Assembly (NCBI GenBank): GCA_965223265.1
Contig: OZ244999.1
Span: 1,568,001 to 1,632,000 of the forward strand
DNA: 64,000 nucleotides
Source: Planctomycetota bacterium
GTDB lineage: Bacteria; Planctomycetota; UBA8108; SXIK01
Reading direction: 5' to 3'
The stretch's first letter is position 1. Every line of letters begins with the position of its first letter. The notes under the pieces are model-generated. The model did no database searches. It was not told where the DNA came from and saw only the letters and a list, made by a program, of their open reading frames with translations. Of the stretch, positions 30,367-40,426 are shown in pieces. The position numbers and the translations under genes are program-made.

Positions 30367-31140
30367 ATGAACACGCATAGCGACGACGCAACGACAGAGT
30401 CTGAGTCCTACCGCCCGGATCATCTTCTACAATTCGGGGCCTGCCTCGTCATTGCGGCTGTGATTTCGACCTTGGTTGTCGCTGTGAGTCGTCATGGCTA
30501 CGAGGCGCCTGTCGGGGTGAAGATGATGTTCTTCTTGGCTTTTCTCGCCGAGGACAATGGGCTTGAGAACGCGACAGCGTTTTTGGTTCTACGCTTCGCA
30601 TCTGTCGCGCTGTGGATTCTTGTTCCGAGTTTTCTTTTTCTGGCGATTGCCACAGGCCGTCAGGTGCTTCGCTTCTCGCTCGTGATGTTCTGTGGTTTGG
30701 TGACGGCTGCGTTTGTCGGCGGCTGGAGCGCGTTTGATCCATCCGACGAGGCGTTCTTTCGGCGGAGCGTGAGACGGCACGTCGGTCAGGTCTTCGATCG
30801 TGCGGAGGGCCAGTTTGCTCACATTGTCGTGGGTCAACCCAGCGATCCGACGATGCAGAACTCACTCGTGGAAGTGTCGCTCCTTAAGGAGGACGGCGCG
30901 CGTTTTCATGTGCGACGGATGAGAGACCCTGCAACCGGACGTCTGATCGGACCGAACGGCGGATTCTTCTTGTTGCCGTCGCGCATGATGAGGCGCGGTC
31001 GTGTGGAGATTTGTTGGTATGATCGGACTCCGGCGATGCAGAACCGTGAAGTCCTGCTGGAAGTGAAGGCCGGTGCCCGATTGGAGACGGAAATCGTAGA
31101 ATGCCGTTTTGGGCAGACTGTCGCGGCGGTCGCTGAGTGA
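30367..31140 (+). CDS. Hypothetical membrane protein
   Basis: 257-aa ORF with 3-4 N-terminal hydrophobic segments, co-oriented with neighbours. Confidence 0.6.
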   Translation: MNTHSDDATTESESYRPDHLLQFGACLVIAAVISTLVVAVSRHGYEAPVGVKMMFFLAFLAEDNGLENATAFLVLRFASVALWILVPSFLFLAIATGRQVLRFSLVMFCGLVTAAFVGGWSAFDPSDEAFFRRSVRRHVGQVFDRAEGQFAHIVVGQPSDPTMQNSLVEVSLLKEDGARFHVRRMRDPATGRLIGPNGGFFLLPSRMMRRGRVEICWYDRTPAMQNREVLLEVKAGARLETEIVECRFGQTVAAVAE

Positions 31141-31181
31141 ACCACCACCGAGTTGACCATGTCGCGGCGAAGTGAGGTTTC

Positions 31182-31814
31182 GTGTCGATCCGTGAACGAC
31201 TTCGTCGACCTGAGACGCTCCTGGGAATTCTCGCGGTCATCATTCTGGCGGTGATCGTGTGGAGAGTCGTCGGGAGCTATCTCCTGGCGCCGAAGCCCGG
31301 TCAACTCGGCGCACGGCTTGTTCCTGTGCGCTTGAAACACACTGTTTTGACCAGGGAACACAATCCCTTCGGCAAGAAACACTCCAGCGTTACCGAGGAG
31401 GAGGATCCCGAGGGATCAATATTCGTCATCGATTACGGTCCGGTGCAGCATGAAAAACTACACTTCCCGAGCCCAATTCAGGAATTGCTGAAGCGAGATA
31501 GTGGGAACCTCTACGAGACTGACACGGCCCGGGTATTTCACTCATGGCAGCAAGATCAGTTGGCGTATGCCCCGACGATTGTGGGCACGTTCCGCTCCTG
31601 GGATGGGCTCTACTACGAATGGAAAATCGAGATCACTCCCGCGATTCTCCGTCCTGGTACGAAAACGGTTGACTACTCGGTGTTCATCCTGGTTTCGGGC
31701 CGAAGGACCTACGAAATCAAAGTCTCGGCGACCCACGATTACACCGGCGACGATGGGAACGGCACGACAGAGGTGGAGTGGTACGGGCCACTTCGAGTCC
31801 ACGAGCGCCAGTAA
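31182..31814 (+). CDS. Hypothetical membrane-anchored protein
   Basis: GAGG upstream of GTG; single N-terminal TM then beta-rich soluble region. Confidence 0.6.
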   Translation: MSIRERLRRPETLLGILAVIILAVIVWRVVGSYLLAPKPGQLGARLVPVRLKHTVLTREHNPFGKKHSSVTEEEDPEGSIFVIDYGPVQHEKLHFPSPIQELLKRDSGNLYETDTARVFHSWQQDQLAYAPTIVGTFRSWDGLYYEWKIEITPAILRPGTKTVDYSVFILVSGRRTYEIKVSATHDYTGDDGNGTTEVEWYGPLRVHERQ

Positions 31815-31989
31815 GCGAGGCGCGACGCGATACTCGCTTCCCTCACGCCCCGGAGCCTTGACTGTCACGTTACTTCGTCGCCACCACGAGAAGCCGCGCA
31901 TCTGAATGACCCTCGTCGCCCGCTTGGTCGGCGACTGGAATCCGCAGGCCGCAAATCGCCAGAGCGTTTGCAACGCTGCCTTTTCGCCC

Positions 31990-32020
31990 TTGACTCTCCA
32001 GTAACTGGAGGCCGTAAGCC
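31990..32020 (+). promoter_or_regulatory. MerR-type promoter/operator
   Basis: TTGACT (31990-31995), 19-bp spacer containing dyad CTCCAG-TAA-CTGGAG (31996-32010), TAAGCC (32015-32020), directly upstream of a MerR gene. Confidence 0.85.
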
Positions 32021-32047
32021 GTGGCTCGGTCTTACGGAGCCAAGTGA

Positions 32048-32860
32048 ATGTACAGCATCGGTGACTTCTCGCGGATGAGCCGACTCTCAGTCAAGACGCT
32101 GCGTTTCTATCACGAAAAAGGGCTGCTCATACCCGCGGCGGTCGATGAGCAGACAGGCTATCGCTACTATAGCGACGACAACCTGCTCGTGGCGCGTCTC
32201 ATCGTTGCGCTGCGAGACATGGAGTTCTCTTTGAGCGATATCGCGACGATTCTTGCGGACCGCGAACACGACGTGGATCTCGTCGAGCACCTGGAGCGAC
32301 AGAAGAAAACGCTTGTCGAGCGACTGACTCACTATCGCGACTTGGTGAAAAAGATCGACGAGGTCATTCGCATGGAACGTCAATCACAGGAGATTGATCA
32401 AATGTTCACGGCTTTAGAGGTTCAAGAGCGCACGACAGAGCCCATACTCATCGCGGGGCTCCGCATGAAAGGCAAGTACCACGAGTGCGGCGACGGGTTT
32501 TCCAAAATCGCGAAGGAGGTCGGGCGCTACATTTGCGGCAAACCTATGCTGCTGTGCTACGACGACGAGTACCGCGAGGAGGATGCCGATTTCGAACCTT
32601 GTTTCCCGATCCGCAAGGAGGTGTCAGTGTCTGGTCTTGACGTGCGGAGACTCCCTAACTGTCGCTGCGTCACCTTGGTGCATCAAGGTCCCTACGATAC
32701 ACTGAACCGATCTTACTCCGTCGCGTTGGGCCATGCACGGCAGCAAGGCTACGAGCTCGCTGTGCCATCACGCGAGGTCTACCTCAGAGGCCCAGGTATG
32801 CTGTGGAAGGGGAATCCGAAGAAGTACTTGACCGAGATTCAATTGCCAATCGCAGAGTGA
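32048..32860 (+). CDS. MerR family transcriptional regulator with GyrI-like effector domain
   Basis: YSIGDFSRMSRLSVKTLRFYHEKGLL...TGYRYY HTH; C-terminal HQGPY, REVYL, TEIQLP. Confidence 0.95.
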   Translation: MYSIGDFSRMSRLSVKTLRFYHEKGLLIPAAVDEQTGYRYYSDDNLLVARLIVALRDMEFSLSDIATILADREHDVDLVEHLERQKKTLVERLTHYRDLVKKIDEVIRMERQSQEIDQMFTALEVQERTTEPILIAGLRMKGKYHECGDGFSKIAKEVGRYICGKPMLLCYDDEYREEDADFEPCFPIRKEVSVSGLDVRRLPNCRCVTLVHQGPYDTLNRSYSVALGHARQQGYELAVPSREVYLRGPGMLWKGNPKKYLTEIQLPIAE

Positions 32861-32866
32861 CACGTG

Positions 32867-33343
32867 ATGGCGAAGAAAAAGTCATGGCAGGAAAAGCTGG
32901 CGGACGACAAGGACCTTCCCAAGGTCGAAAAGATCACGGGTAAGATGTCGACGCGCTGGGGTCGAGGCACGGTCGTGATCCCGGCGCCGCGTGAGGTCGA
33001 CGCCGCCATGCGCAAGGTCAGGCGCGGCAGACTCACAACCATCGACCAGATTCGAGAAGTCTTGGCCGAGAAGCACGGCGCGACCATCGCTTGTCCGATG
33101 ACCACGGGCATCTTTGCCTGGATCGCGGCGCACGCGGCTGACGAAGCGGAGAGTGCTGGGCGCAAGCGCATCACCCCGTACTGGCGAACGCTCAAGGCCG
33201 GGGGACAGTTGAATCCTAAATACCCTGGAGGCGAAGAGAACGTTGTCGCTCGGCTAGAGGCCGAAGGGCACAAGATCGTGAAAAAGGGGAAACGTTACCT
33301 CGTCGAGGACTTCGAGCGCTCCCTCATCAAGGTGAAGCTATAG
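32867..33343 (+). CDS. MGMT/alkyltransferase-like DNA-binding domain protein
   Basis: VRRGRLTT, CPMTTG, PYWRTLKAGGQLNPKYPGG, RLEAEGH motifs; no Cys in the PxxR position. Confidence 0.75.
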   Translation: MAKKKSWQEKLADDKDLPKVEKITGKMSTRWGRGTVVIPAPREVDAAMRKVRRGRLTTIDQIREVLAEKHGATIACPMTTGIFAWIAAHAADEAESAGRKRITPYWRTLKAGGQLNPKYPGGEENVVARLEAEGHKIVKKGKRYLVEDFERSLIKVKL

Positions 33344-33414
33344 CTTCGAGCGGAGGCTCGTTCCACTGAGACGCGCCGAGACGTGCCCGACGGTGGCGAA
33401 ACGAAAGCCAGCCA

Positions 33415-35175
33415 CTAATCGATCCTCTTGCTCACCACGCCGCTCGGCCTCCAACCGATGCGGTGTGCTCGCGCGTTGATCGTGGTGCCGGACGCAATCG
33501 GAAAAGGCTTGGAATAGAGTAACCACCGATCCTCCGCGCTGCCGTCGATCTGGTAGGCGATGGAAGCTCCCTCGCTGGCGCCGGCGATGCGGACGACACG
33601 CATCGCGCCGTCGCGACGCAGCAACTCGACTGTCGGGAGAGCGGTCTCGGGTTGGTCGCCTTCGGGAGGCCAGAGCTTTTTGATGAGCTCTTTCTCCGGG
33701 ATGTGCCCGAGGTCGCGATAGCGTTCAGTCCACATCTCATGTGCGCGTCGTAGCTCGGCGAGTTTCTCGAAGTGGAGCGGGTCAGATGCCAGGTTGTGGA
33801 TCTCGTGCGGGTCCACCTCAGTGTCGTAGAGCTCTTCGAGGGGTTTCCGTGTGGCGGAGAGTTGCCACTGCTTCGGCCCGAGCTTTCCCGCCTTCGTGAG
33901 TCGATGGATCTCCTGCATGATCGCAGCCTGATCGCGGTAAGGGATGTAACCGATGTAAGGAAGGTCGGGGCGATAGTTCCGCACGTACTTAAAGCGCGCG
34001 TCGCGGACGGCGCGGATGGTCTCGGGAGCCGGATCCATGCGGTCGCGTGCGGCGTAAATGTATTTGCGTCCTGCTTTCTTCTGGTCACCAAGAAAGGCTC
34101 TGCCTTCCATGTGCGCGGGAATTGGAACTCCTGCGAGCGAGAGCACGGTCGGAGCGAAGTCCACAAAGCTGACGAGGTCGTCACTGGTCGATCCAGCGCC
34201 TCGACCGTCAGGGAAGCGGACGATGAGCGGAACGCGAATGCCGGAATCGTAGACCCAGCGCTTCATGCGCGGCAGACCGTCACCGTGGTCGCTGAAGAAA
34301 AAGACGATCGTCTCGTCGGCGAGGCCGTCTTCTTCGAGTTCCTGCAGAACGCGGGCGATCTGCCCGTCCATCGCGGCGATGTTGTCGTAGTGCCGTGCCA
34401 CATCGCGGCGCACAATGGGCGTGTCGGGATAGTAGGGCGGTAGTTCAACTCTCGCCGGGTCAGTGACGACCGGAGAGCGCTGTTTGAAGGTGCCGCTCTC
34501 ATGTGTCACCGTGAAGTTGAACACGGCGAAGAACGGCATGTCGCCCTTTGGCCGATTTCGCCAGTGAGCGGTCTTCGAGCTCTCGTCCCATGCTGTGATC
34601 GGTGGTATGAACTGGTAGTCGGTTTTCACGTTGTTCGTGCAGTAGTACCCTGCGGCACGTAGGTACTCTGTGAAGCATCGGGCCTCCGGTGGCGGGACGG
34701 CTTCGTACGTGGGGATCGCGAGGAGTTTCGGGTCGGTGATCCTGTGGAGCGACGCGGTGCGCTTCCAGGTGCGCATCGCCATAGCTCCGGTGGACGTCGG
34801 GTACATTCCCATGATCAGCGCATGTCGATTCGGAGCGCAGACGCCGTAAACACCAAAAGCCCGCGTATAGCGGAGGCCTTCACTCGCCAGTCGGTCAACG
34901 CTCGGTGTCGGCACGGTCTGGTCGCCGTAACAGCCCAAACGAGGGCTCATGTCCTCGACGGTGATCCAGAGGATGTTCAGCGGCGCAGCCTGAAGCGGAG
35001 CCGCTAGCGTCGCTATCGCGACGAGGAGGATAAGTCGTAGCTCTAGGTGCACGTCGGGCTCCAATGTTGTGCGACGCGATGCCATGCGGGGGTCCAATCG
35101 GCGCTTTTTCCTTCGCATTCGACGACTCCTCGTTTGTGGCACCGCTACACCACGGTAACGGTCATCGCAACGCAT
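33415..35175 (-). CDS. Formylglycine-dependent sulfatase with short C-terminal accessory domain
   Basis: NILWITVED, CAPNR (CxPxR), FFSDHG, ELYD...DPHE motifs; true start probably downstream of the ORF-track start. Confidence 0.92.
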   Translation of the reverse strand: MRCDDRYRGVAVPQTRSRRMRRKKRRLDPRMASRRTTLEPDVHLELRLILLVAIATLAAPLQAAPLNILWITVEDMSPRLGCYGDQTVPTPSVDRLASEGLRYTRAFGVYGVCAPNRHALIMGMYPTSTGAMAMRTWKRTASLHRITDPKLLAIPTYEAVPPPEARCFTEYLRAAGYYCTNNVKTDYQFIPPITAWDESSKTAHWRNRPKGDMPFFAVFNFTVTHESGTFKQRSPVVTDPARVELPPYYPDTPIVRRDVARHYDNIAAMDGQIARVLQELEEDGLADETIVFFFSDHGDGLPRMKRWVYDSGIRVPLIVRFPDGRGAGSTSDDLVSFVDFAPTVLSLAGVPIPAHMEGRAFLGDQKKAGRKYIYAARDRMDPAPETIRAVRDARFKYVRNYRPDLPYIGYIPYRDQAAIMQEIHRLTKAGKLGPKQWQLSATRKPLEELYDTEVDPHEIHNLASDPLHFEKLAELRRAHEMWTERYRDLGHIPEKELIKKLWPPEGDQPETALPTVELLRRDGAMRVVRIAGASEGASIAYQIDGSAEDRWLLYSKPFPIASGTTINARAHRIGWRPSGVVSKRID

Positions 35176-35372
35176 GTCTCGCGATCAAACTTGTATGCCA
35201 CGTCGAAAAGAGGTGTGCAGCCTCACCAGTTCCGCATAGCTCGGCAGGCTACTCGAGGGTGGCTCGTCCGTTGGCCGATCACGGAAGAGAAAGGTAACTC
35301 GTGATCAACGCTAAGACACAGGAGAGATTTTGAACTTGACAATATCCCCGGCCGCGTCGAGACTCAATGTGT

Positions 35373-35774
35373 ATGAGTGAGAACACTCCGCTTCAATCGG
35401 TGGCCAGGACGAACCGAAGCCACCATCTGTTCGCGTGCCTGCTGATCGGTTTGATCGCTGCCCTCGTTTTGCCCACTGGCATCGCCTTCCTTGCTGTCGC
35501 TGGCTATTTTGTCTGCTGTGCCGTCTACCATTTCGCGGTGTCGGTGTTGCTTGCGGCTCGCAAGATCGAAACTGGTCGCTTGTCTGCCCGCTCGCCGTTG
35601 GGGCAGAGTTTCTACGCTCTGGCGTCCGCAGGGTGCGGCGCCATAGCACTGCTTCCGCAGGGACTATCGAGCGGAATCGGGTGGCTCATTGGCGCGGCGA
35701 CCTTGCTGTTTCTCGTCGCGGGCTCCTTTGTAGAGCGCAAAGCCGCGTGTCAGAGTCCGTCGAGATCTCACTGA
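35373..35774 (+). CDS. Small hypothetical membrane protein (~4 TM)
   Basis: Hydrophobic ORF of 133 aa from ATG 35373. Confidence 0.55.
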   Translation: MSENTPLQSVARTNRSHHLFACLLIGLIAALVLPTGIAFLAVAGYFVCCAVYHFAVSVLLAARKIETGRLSARSPLGQSFYALASAGCGAIALLPQGLSSGIGWLIGAATLLFLVAGSFVERKAACQSPSRSH

Positions 35775-36120
35775 GCGTTTCAGCTCGTTTCGGATGACTT
35801 CGTCGAATGGGCTCGCGTTGAAGCCGAAACGTGCTTTGTGCCGCACTCATCGATAGCTGAAGTTTTGGGGCAGCCGGTGCTACGCCGTTGTGGTGGTTGG
35901 GTTATCCCAGCGCCTGTAAAGAAATGACGGGCGAGAAACACCTTCGGCTCGGCGATAGCACGCCATGAACGACGTTTGAGCCGCGCCAAGATGCTCACGG
36001 ACGGTGACGTCCGCGCCGAGTGCGGCGCGTTTCGAAACGACGCTACTGACGCGCTCTTCGCCGCCCTTACATTTTTTGCAGGCGGGGCGACCCGAGTTGA
36101 TCATAGCTGTGGTTTCGACG

Positions 36121-37698
36121 TCACGCGCGACGTGGGAGCTCTGCCGGTGTGATGTGACTGAGGCGTGGAAGGATTTCCTTGAGCCACTCCTCATGCTCCG
36201 GCTTGATGGTGCAGGCTCGAATGCAGACGATCGCGTTGACGTCCCAAAGTTTCACGGGGCCGGCACGCTCGCAGACGCCTCGCGACAGCTTGACGAGCGC
36301 CAAGTGAAGCTCTTGGCGCTTTGCCGACTCGACGAATGCGCGCGCCAGATTCGAGGCCTTTGACGCGGTCTCGGCCTCGATCGCCCAGACCACTACGTCG
36401 AGCTCCGGTGCCGCGATGGGGACAAGACCCGGTGTTTGCTCTACGTGCGCGTGCAGACCCCGCGCAGCTCGCAAGCAACGCTCGAGTCCATCTGAGAACT
36501 CTCCACCCGGCACTGGCGGCGACAACTCGTGCGTCGCCCAGAGGGCCACCGCTGCGGCGCCCGATCTTGAGCATTCGAACGCGCTTTCCCCGAGACTGGA
36601 TTGTTCGGCGGTCTCAAGCTTCCGTGCGCGATCGTTGCGTTTCCTGCCGTCACGGATGCTCGTGGCGTTTGCGTCAACCTCGAATGTGCCGCAACTTTCG
36701 ACTCCGTCGCCGCCCGAGATTCCCTCGGCTGTCGTGTCTGTGCTGTGTGTACCGCACGGGCCAGCACCATCAGCCACGTCATCATCACACGCTACCGCCA
36801 CATAGTACGGTGCCGATTCCTGGCGATAGAACCGCGCCACCGCCGGATCACGGAAGAGCACGCAGCCACAGCCGTACGGCTGGAGCCCGTGCTTGTGCGG
36901 ATCGACGACGATGGAATCGGCCTCGCTCACGGCATCGAACGCGCGTCTCGCAACGCTGCTCGCGTTCGACGCCAGCACGAAGTAGCCGCCATACGCCGCG
37001 TCGACGTGGAGACGGAAATCGAACCGTTCGCGTAGAGCCGAAATCTCTGCCAGCGGATCCACTGCGCCAAGCGCGGTGGTGCCGAGCGTTGCTACGACCG
37101 TGCTGACCTCGCCGGTCGCGAGCAGCGCGGTGAGGGCTCCCACGTCCATGCGACCTCGGTCATCCACTGCGACCTTTCTCAACGGTACCGCAAGCATGCG
37201 ACTGGCTCGCTGGTGGCAAATGTGTGCTTGCTCGGACACCGCGATCGCCTGCCCCGGCGAGAGCTCCCGCGCCACCCAAAGTGCCTCGAAGTTCGCCACC
37301 GTGCCGCCGCTGGTGAGATGCCCGAGGTGCGTTTGCCAACCAAACATCGCCGCCAGCGCTGCGACCGCCTCCCTCTCCATTTTGGAACTCACGCGCCCGC
37401 CGTCGGCCGAGTGATTGTTCGGGTTCAGCCACAGCGCCAGCGAGTAAGCCAATCGCGCAACGGGATGCGGCGGTTTCTGCATGTGCCCGACGTAGAGCGG
37501 GTGGTGGTACGGCGTCTCCGCGCTTAAACGCTCCGCCACTCGCACCAGCACTTCTCGCATCGACGCCCGCTCGTCCGAGGAGTTCGACGAGGTGTTCGTT
37601 CTGCGCGAAGTGCTTAGGCTTGGCAGGTCATCGAAACCGGCCACTAGGCGTGCCACCGCTGCCTTCAGATCGTCGAGTTCTTGGAAGTCAAAGTTCAT
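36121..37698 (-). CDS. PLP-dependent decarboxylase (group II)
   Basis: GHLTSGGT, HVDAAYGG, DPHK (PLP lysine), ECSR motifs. Confidence 0.92.
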   Translation of the reverse strand: MNFDFQELDDLKAAVARLVAGFDDLPSLSTSRRTNTSSNSSDERASMREVLVRVAERLSAETPYHHPLYVGHMQKPPHPVARLAYSLALWLNPNNHSADGGRVSSKMEREAVAALAAMFGWQTHLGHLTSGGTVANFEALWVARELSPGQAIAVSEQAHICHQRASRMLAVPLRKVAVDDRGRMDVGALTALLATGEVSTVVATLGTTALGAVDPLAEISALRERFDFRLHVDAAYGGYFVLASNASSVARRAFDAVSEADSIVVDPHKHGLQPYGCGCVLFRDPAVARFYRQESAPYYVAVACDDDVADGAGPCGTHSTDTTAEGISGGDGVESCGTFEVDANATSIRDGRKRNDRARKLETAEQSSLGESAFECSRSGAAAVALWATHELSPPVPGGEFSDGLERCLRAARGLHAHVEQTPGLVPIAAPELDVVVWAIEAETASKASNLARAFVESAKRQELHLALVKLSRGVCERAGPVKLWDVNAIVCIRACTIKPEHEEWLKEILPRLSHITPAELPRRA

Positions 37699-38388
37699 TG
37701 TTGTTCCTCGCCGTGCGCGAGTTCTTCGGTTTTGTCGGCAGATTTTGTCTCGATCACGGTGCGCCGCTGCCCGTTTTCCGTTTTCGTTTCGTTCGCACCC
37801 TCTGCCGACGCGGCCCGAGCCGTGCGAGCAGCGCCACAGTTTGCCTCAATCCAGAGAGGAAGTCGCCAGGAGAAACGATGGGCGGCGCTCACGGAGAAAC
37901 GACGATCGACGATCGCGCCGGCGGCGTTGCCGTGAACTTCGAGGAATCATCGAATCGTCCGATGGGACGTCGGGTTCGCAGTCGAGTTCGAGGCCACGAG
38001 ACGCGCCTGTGACCTGACGAGCGCGAACACCACTCGTCAGCTCCAGCGTCCGAGCTTTGCGGGTCGGTACGGGCTGGATTTCTCTTTCCTCGCGAGCCCG
38101 TACTCTGCACTATGGACATCGGTTCGGCGGTCACCCACAGTCGTTGCAGCGGCGCCTCGCGCTGCAGATGCTGCATCGTCCGGGAGGCCGAAGCGCTTTT
38201 CTCGCTCAGCGGGCGCTTCTATGCCGACGACGGGGTCATTCGCGTAAGGTCACCTACGAACGCGAGAGCATTGCTCTGGCGTTTTCGTGAGGTAGTCAAA
38301 CTAGGAATGGAGGACACCGGCCGTCTTGCCGAAGAGTCTTTCAGGCTGGTTGTTTTAGTGGGGACCGCAGAGACAACGGGAGCGCGCC

Positions 38389-39156
38389 ATGTCTCTACCG
38401 CCGGGTTGGTACAGTGATCTGCTGCATCGCGCCGATCTCGACGCATCGTTCGTCGCCCTTCTGGGGCACGACTGCGGGCAGAGTGAGCTCATGCGGGGTC
38501 GCATCCGATCTCTTCAGATGCGCCCCTCGGCGGCGCAGGCCCATTTTGTCCGAGCCGCACAGGTGATCTCGACCGCGGCCGAAGACATTCCTACCGTCTG
38601 TCTGCGTTTCATCGTCCAGGCGTACACGCTTGAAAACGCTCTGGTGCTCGAGCCTCCAACCAGGGACGCTGAAGTCCCACCCGCGAGCCGGTTCAACGTG
38701 CCCGGGAACGTTTTGGACGAGTACCCGGAGCTCCGCCAAGCTCTAGCGCTTTATCAGTGGGTTCGAGGAATCGCGTTCCTGAACGCAGGCGATGCGCGGG
38801 CCGCGGAACGTGTGCTGTCCGATTTGGTCGGTGCAAGCGACCGTTCGGACTCGGGGGCGCTTCATCGAATCGCGTTGGCGTGCGCGCAGCTCAATCGAGG
38901 ACGTCGAAAGGCATGCGATGAGACGCTGGCGAGCGCGATCGAACGTCTGACGAGCGAGCCCTTGCTTGTGCAGGTCCATGCCGCCAGTGTCCTCCGGGCT
39001 TTTGGGCGGTATCTCCGCGACGACTCTATTGCGAGTCGCTGGGAACGCGAGCTGCGTTCACTGCCCATTCCCGACGACACTCGGGCAGCGTTTGTAGCGC
39101 GTTCAGATTTGATCCTGGGGCGCTCCGGCGACGAATCCGGACTGATGGTTCTGTAG
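38389..39156 (+). CDS. Hypothetical alpha-helical protein
   Basis: 255-aa ORF with GGGAG RBS; no recognised motif. Confidence 0.55.
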   Translation: MSLPPGWYSDLLHRADLDASFVALLGHDCGQSELMRGRIRSLQMRPSAAQAHFVRAAQVISTAAEDIPTVCLRFIVQAYTLENALVLEPPTRDAEVPPASRFNVPGNVLDEYPELRQALALYQWVRGIAFLNAGDARAAERVLSDLVGASDRSDSGALHRIALACAQLNRGRRKACDETLASAIERLTSEPLLVQVHAASVLRAFGRYLRDDSIASRWERELRSLPIPDDTRAAFVARSDLILGRSGDESGLMVL

Positions 39157-39263
39157 CAGTCGCGCTGCGTGGCACCCGAGTTCCGAAGGGCTCGCTGCCG
39201 TCGACCACGTCTCCGCCCGCCACGTCGGTGTGGCGACTCAACTCGGACCACCGCTCACGACAG

Positions 39264-40352
39264 CTACACGCGCAGCGGATCCCTCGTCGAAGCGGCCGCC
39301 GAGCCACGAAACCGCCCAGGATCGAGGTCGCGGTACGATTTCGCGCCTCGTATGAAATACTCAAAAAGAATGCTGCCTCGCAGGCGCTGCGAGCACGTAT
39401 GGTCCTTTCGTTGGGCTCTCAAGAACCTTCGCTTTCCAAGCATGACCGGAAGCTTTCGATAGAAACCGAAATGCGCCGCCGCCACTGCGAGTGCATGCCT
39501 TGCCTTCCCCACGGCAAGAAAGCGTACGAGTGCTACACCGTCGAGAAGCGTACGACGCAGGATTCTCACCGTCACGGAAGAATCGTGATCGTTCTTCAGC
39601 AGCATGAACAGACTGTTGCGGAAGTTCAGTAGGGTCTTTCTTGCGCTGCCATACTCAAGTGTGCCTCCTCCAAGATGATACACGTGGGATCCGGCGCAGC
39701 ACCAAATACGGCGTCCTGCATTCTTGAGCCGCCAACACAGATCGATTTCTTCCATATGAGCGAAGAAGTCTTCGTCGAAGCCGCCGGTGTCGTGGAAATC
39801 GCGCGCACGCACGAACAGACAGGCTCCCGAGGCCCAGAAGGCCTCACAGTCTTCGTCGTACTGTTCAGCGTCGGTTTCCCTCTCGTCAAAGAGGCGGCCG
39901 CGGCAGAAGGGATAGCCATCGTCGTCAATGAACCCTCCTGCTGCTCCAGCGTACTCGAATTTGGACGGCTCCGAGAGTGAGAGAATCTTCGGTTGGCATG
40001 CCGCGACTTCGTCGTGCGTTGCCAGAAAATGGGTGCAGGGTTCAAGCCAGCCGTCGGTGACTTCGACGTCGGAGTTGAGAAGTACGTAGATGTCCGCGTC
40101 GATGCGGGAGAGAGCTCGATTGTAGCCAGTGGCGAAACCCAGATTCTGTCCAAGAAGCAGAACCTTGACCTCAGGAACGGAACGCCTAACGAACTCGATC
40201 GACCCGTCGGTCGATCCGTTGTCCGCGACCCACACCTCAGCGCTTCGAGATCGTTCGACAACAGACGGAAGAAAGCGTCTGAGCAGCTCGCAGCCGTTGT
40301 AGTTGAGGATGACGATTGCGATTTTTTGAGCCATTTTTGCGTCAAGGCTCAT
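39264..40352 (-). CDS. Glycosyltransferase family 2 (WbbL/rhamnosyltransferase-like)
   Basis: IVILNYNG, DNGSTDGS, NLGFATGYN, LLNSDVE, WASGAC, HMEEIDLCWR motifs. Confidence 0.93.
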   Translation of the reverse strand: MSLDAKMAQKIAIVILNYNGCELLRRFLPSVVERSRSAEVWVADNGSTDGSIEFVRRSVPEVKVLLLGQNLGFATGYNRALSRIDADIYVLLNSDVEVTDGWLEPCTHFLATHDEVAACQPKILSLSEPSKFEYAGAAGGFIDDDGYPFCRGRLFDERETDAEQYDEDCEAFWASGACLFVRARDFHDTGGFDEDFFAHMEEIDLCWRLKNAGRRIWCCAGSHVYHLGGGTLEYGSARKTLLNFRNSLFMLLKNDHDSSVTVRILRRTLLDGVALVRFLAVGKARHALAVAAAHFGFYRKLPVMLGKRRFLRAQRKDHTCSQRLRGSILFEYFIRGAKSYRDLDPGRFRGSAAASTRDPLRV

Positions 40353-40426
40353 GTCCTATAAGGGACCCTTCTCTCAATTGTCGGCAAACCGAGGACGACT
40401 GGCCACGTTGTCAGACCACCAGTCAC

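Noticed and set aside
37699-38388. Short ORFs, a possible TGA read-through at 38010-38012, or a riboswitch upstream of the decarboxylase
   Set aside because: No recognisable protein motif, SECIS-like context or riboswitch consensus; left as unexplained intergenic DNA
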